Shown here piece by piece: positions 61,456 through 64,000 of a DNA stretch of 64,000 bases. The stretch is from Blasia pusilla (Eukaryota): positions 5,828,001 through 5,892,000 of the forward strand of contig CM114271.1 in NCBI GenBank assembly GCA_050084515.1, read 5' to 3'. The notes below the pieces were generated by a model, which did no database searches, was not told the DNA's origin, and was given only the letters and a program-made list of their open reading frames with translations. The translations under genes were made by a program, and so were the position numbers. Positions within the stretch are counted from its first letter, which is position 1; each line of letters starts with the position of its first letter.

Positions 61456-63049
61456 GAAAAAGAGTAGAAAAAGAAAGCGTTTAGTGTTTAGGAAAACTAG
61501 TTGGTTTTGATTGGTTGCTGGAATATCCATATTGTAAATCGAGGAGTGTTTTTATATGGCGACACCCGTGCAGTATGACATGTGTCACCCAAAACCGAAG
61601 CGTATTTCAGAAGGGCATATATGCATAGGGCATGCAAACATATGGGATGGGGGCGTATATGCACATGACCGTCCCTTACGATGTACAGTCCTCATGTGCA
61701 CTAACTAGTTGCAACACATTGAAATGTGGTACTTACAAGACAATCAAGAAGGAGAGAAGAGGGTCTAAACTTCCTTTTCTAGGATTATGCGATTATTGCT
61801 TCATTGATTATGGGAGTCAACTTTCTTTTCTATGAAAATTTCTAAAGGCACTCCATTTGTGTTTTTTTTTTCCTTCAATTTTCAAAATTTGCCTTTTTGT
61901 CTTTCTTTCAAAATTCACTTGTGGAACTTGTGTTATGTTTGAGGGTTCAAACTTCATCTTGACCCATCTAGTGCATCGAGATAATACTGGGATTTTTTTA
62001 ATTATTACCGCACCCTTTTTCCATTTGATGAAAATAATGATACTTTTGCCCTTGCCTAAATCTATGGAGTAAAGAAAAAAAGAAAAATAAATTTAACCCT
62101 TTGTGTATAGCAAGATAAAGCATCCTCAAATGACAACTTACTCTTCAAATTTCTTTTGGAGATAGGATTGCACTACTCCACCATGATTCAACCAATCAAG
62201 CATAGAAGTTTATGAGACAAGATCGAAGCAATCAAGCATGCATATTTGTGAGGTGGGAAGCTCATTATGTAGTTACATACCTGGAGACCCCTATGGGGAG
62301 ATAATAGAAGCCCCCCATCAATACTATTAATCGTGCAAGGATTTTGGTGGGGACTCCTAGATTCGCGTCACATCAATCTATCCCACACCCGTGATACTGA
62401 AGTGGGGATAATGTTAGGGCCTTTATGTTATTTCTAATACTATCCAGCCATGAGACTTTTAAAGATGGTTTCAGGAGTTATTTTCCTTACATGTGCAAAA
62501 GCACTTTAGCACTAGTGGTGATATATGGTAGAATGTTAAAAAAAAGGTGTGGCAACAGTGAGGATGTGTCACGAAATCTACAGTCAATGTAAAGTGATAT
62601 ATGTGTGTTCTTCCAAAGTTAGAGTTGTATGGTAAGGTGAGTAAGAAATTAGACCCGTCTCTAGAATTTGCTAATTTTTTCTAAGGAGAACAGGTTGTCA
62701 AATAAGAATGTTTTATTAGAGAAACATGACTGCATAGTTATCTATACTATCAGTAGCCTTATTAATTAAATTTTCAATGTGCTTTTTCCTACGTTTTAGT
62801 TTCATGACATTTGGCAAATGAAAAGCAAAAGAGGTGCTATAATCTGAAAACGTACATTAATTTTAATTAATTTTATTGTGCATTAAAACGTTTAACTATT
62901 GTAACGAATTAAAAAATCAGTTTTATTTGGAAGGAAACCTGCTGGAATCTTAAATTATTCAGTTGTCATGATCTTTCATGATTTTAATGTATTATACACT
63001 TTTCGCTGTATTCGTGGGAGATTCAATTGACTTCGAATTCATGGGCAAT

Positions 63050-64000
63050 TCGAGGTCACTGGGAACTTAGTAAGGGCTAAAGTAGGTGCCCTACTCGATC
63101 CAATAGGCCCGAGGCCGTACTTAGTCGTAATTGTGGACGGATCGTGACAGCGCAGCATACTTCTGTTCGATTATCGGGAGGTCCGCTGGTAGTTTTGTGA
63201 TTAGTCTGTCCCTGTTTGTAGGAACTAACTAACACTAATAAAAAGAAAATTAATGAATTTCAATAAACACTACTAACCCTACCCTTAATAATAACTAACT
63301 CTACTAACCATACCCTTACTCTTAGGGCGTGACTATCTGACACCAGCGTACAGCACGACAACATAGTTAGCCGAGGATTCCACCGTCAGGCTGGGCGGAT
63401 AGGTCTAGTAGTACGGAACTCTCGTATGCGAAGTCCCCTCAGACGACTACTACTACTACTACTACTACTAGTATTAAAGGTCAGCTGTATTTGGAGGTGG
63501 TATACGGAGCTCCAAGATCGAGAGGACGGACGGAGGTGGAGAGCGGAGCTGGAAGACCTCCAAAGGTAGAGAGAGGACGGCGCGAGCGATTAGGGGAAGC
63601 CAAGACAGATAGAGAGCGAGAGAGAGAGAGGTTTCTGGGTCGAGTATACGAGAGCGGGGGATGCGTGATGAGCAGTGAGTGATTGTTGTGGACAGTAAAT
63701 GGTGGGCATGGAAATCGAGGAGCGCCGGCTCGAGGGCGATCCAGCCAAGAAAGGAAAGCGAGAGAGGAGTCGGACGATCAGGGGCTGCGGAAATATCTGT
63801 CAGGGGGAGGTTTGAGAAATGAGGATTCACCGATTCGGGATTTACTGGCACTGACGGATCTGCTGAAGCTGCGAAGTTCCGTTCCACAAATTGGGTCAAG
63901 CTTTGATGGCTTTTGAAATGCGGTAATGTCACGCTCGCCAGGAGAGTCAATGATAAGATGGCGGTGTGGGAGCCGAGACTGTCCGTGAATCGGAAGCGAG
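63050..64000 (+). promoter_or_regulatory. CpG-rich, GA-rich non-TE segment; possible promoter/5' UTR of a gene beyond the window
   Basis: Composition only (CpG retained, GA tracts, (CTA)n); no recognisable CDS. Confidence 0.25.

Noticed and set aside
63474-63950. 158-aa minus-strand ORF
   Set aside because: Leu/Ser/Pro bias derives from the GA-rich opposite strand; non-ATG start and no domain.

Overview
Eukaryotic, transposon-dominated window, probably from a non-seed plant or other streptophyte (inferred from the TE lineages; the host cannot be identified). No intact host protein-coding gene, RNA gene or CRISPR array can be supported. Contents: a decayed Galadriel-like Ty3/gypsy chromovirus (minus strand, 1-6822, with its LTR tip displaced by a ~1 kb inversion); a decayed full-length Ty1/copia (15849-21113); a non-autonomous Helitron family (5 units); MITEs; 3' fragments of a CRE-like non-LTR element; several old LTR relics; a (GT)157 microsatellite; and two copies of an unusual Ty3/gypsy family (near full length at 48555-58862, internally deleted at 37816-42985). 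That family is the main finding. Its polyprotein reads gag - aspartic protease - DNMT3-like C5 cytosine methyltransferase - RT - RNase H - DDE integrase - PHD finger. Instead of two LTRs it has split direct repeats (A1...ORFs...B1-A2-B2) with an internal CA-gc-TG junction, a 4-bp TSD, an apparent Tf1-style self-priming site rather than a tRNA PBS, and a possible read-through stop (TAG CAACCA) between DNMT and RT. The layout equals a circularly permuted 2-LTR circle and suggests a non-canonical integration route. All ORFs of both copies are pseudogenised. Domain calls rest on manual motif recognition, not database searches.
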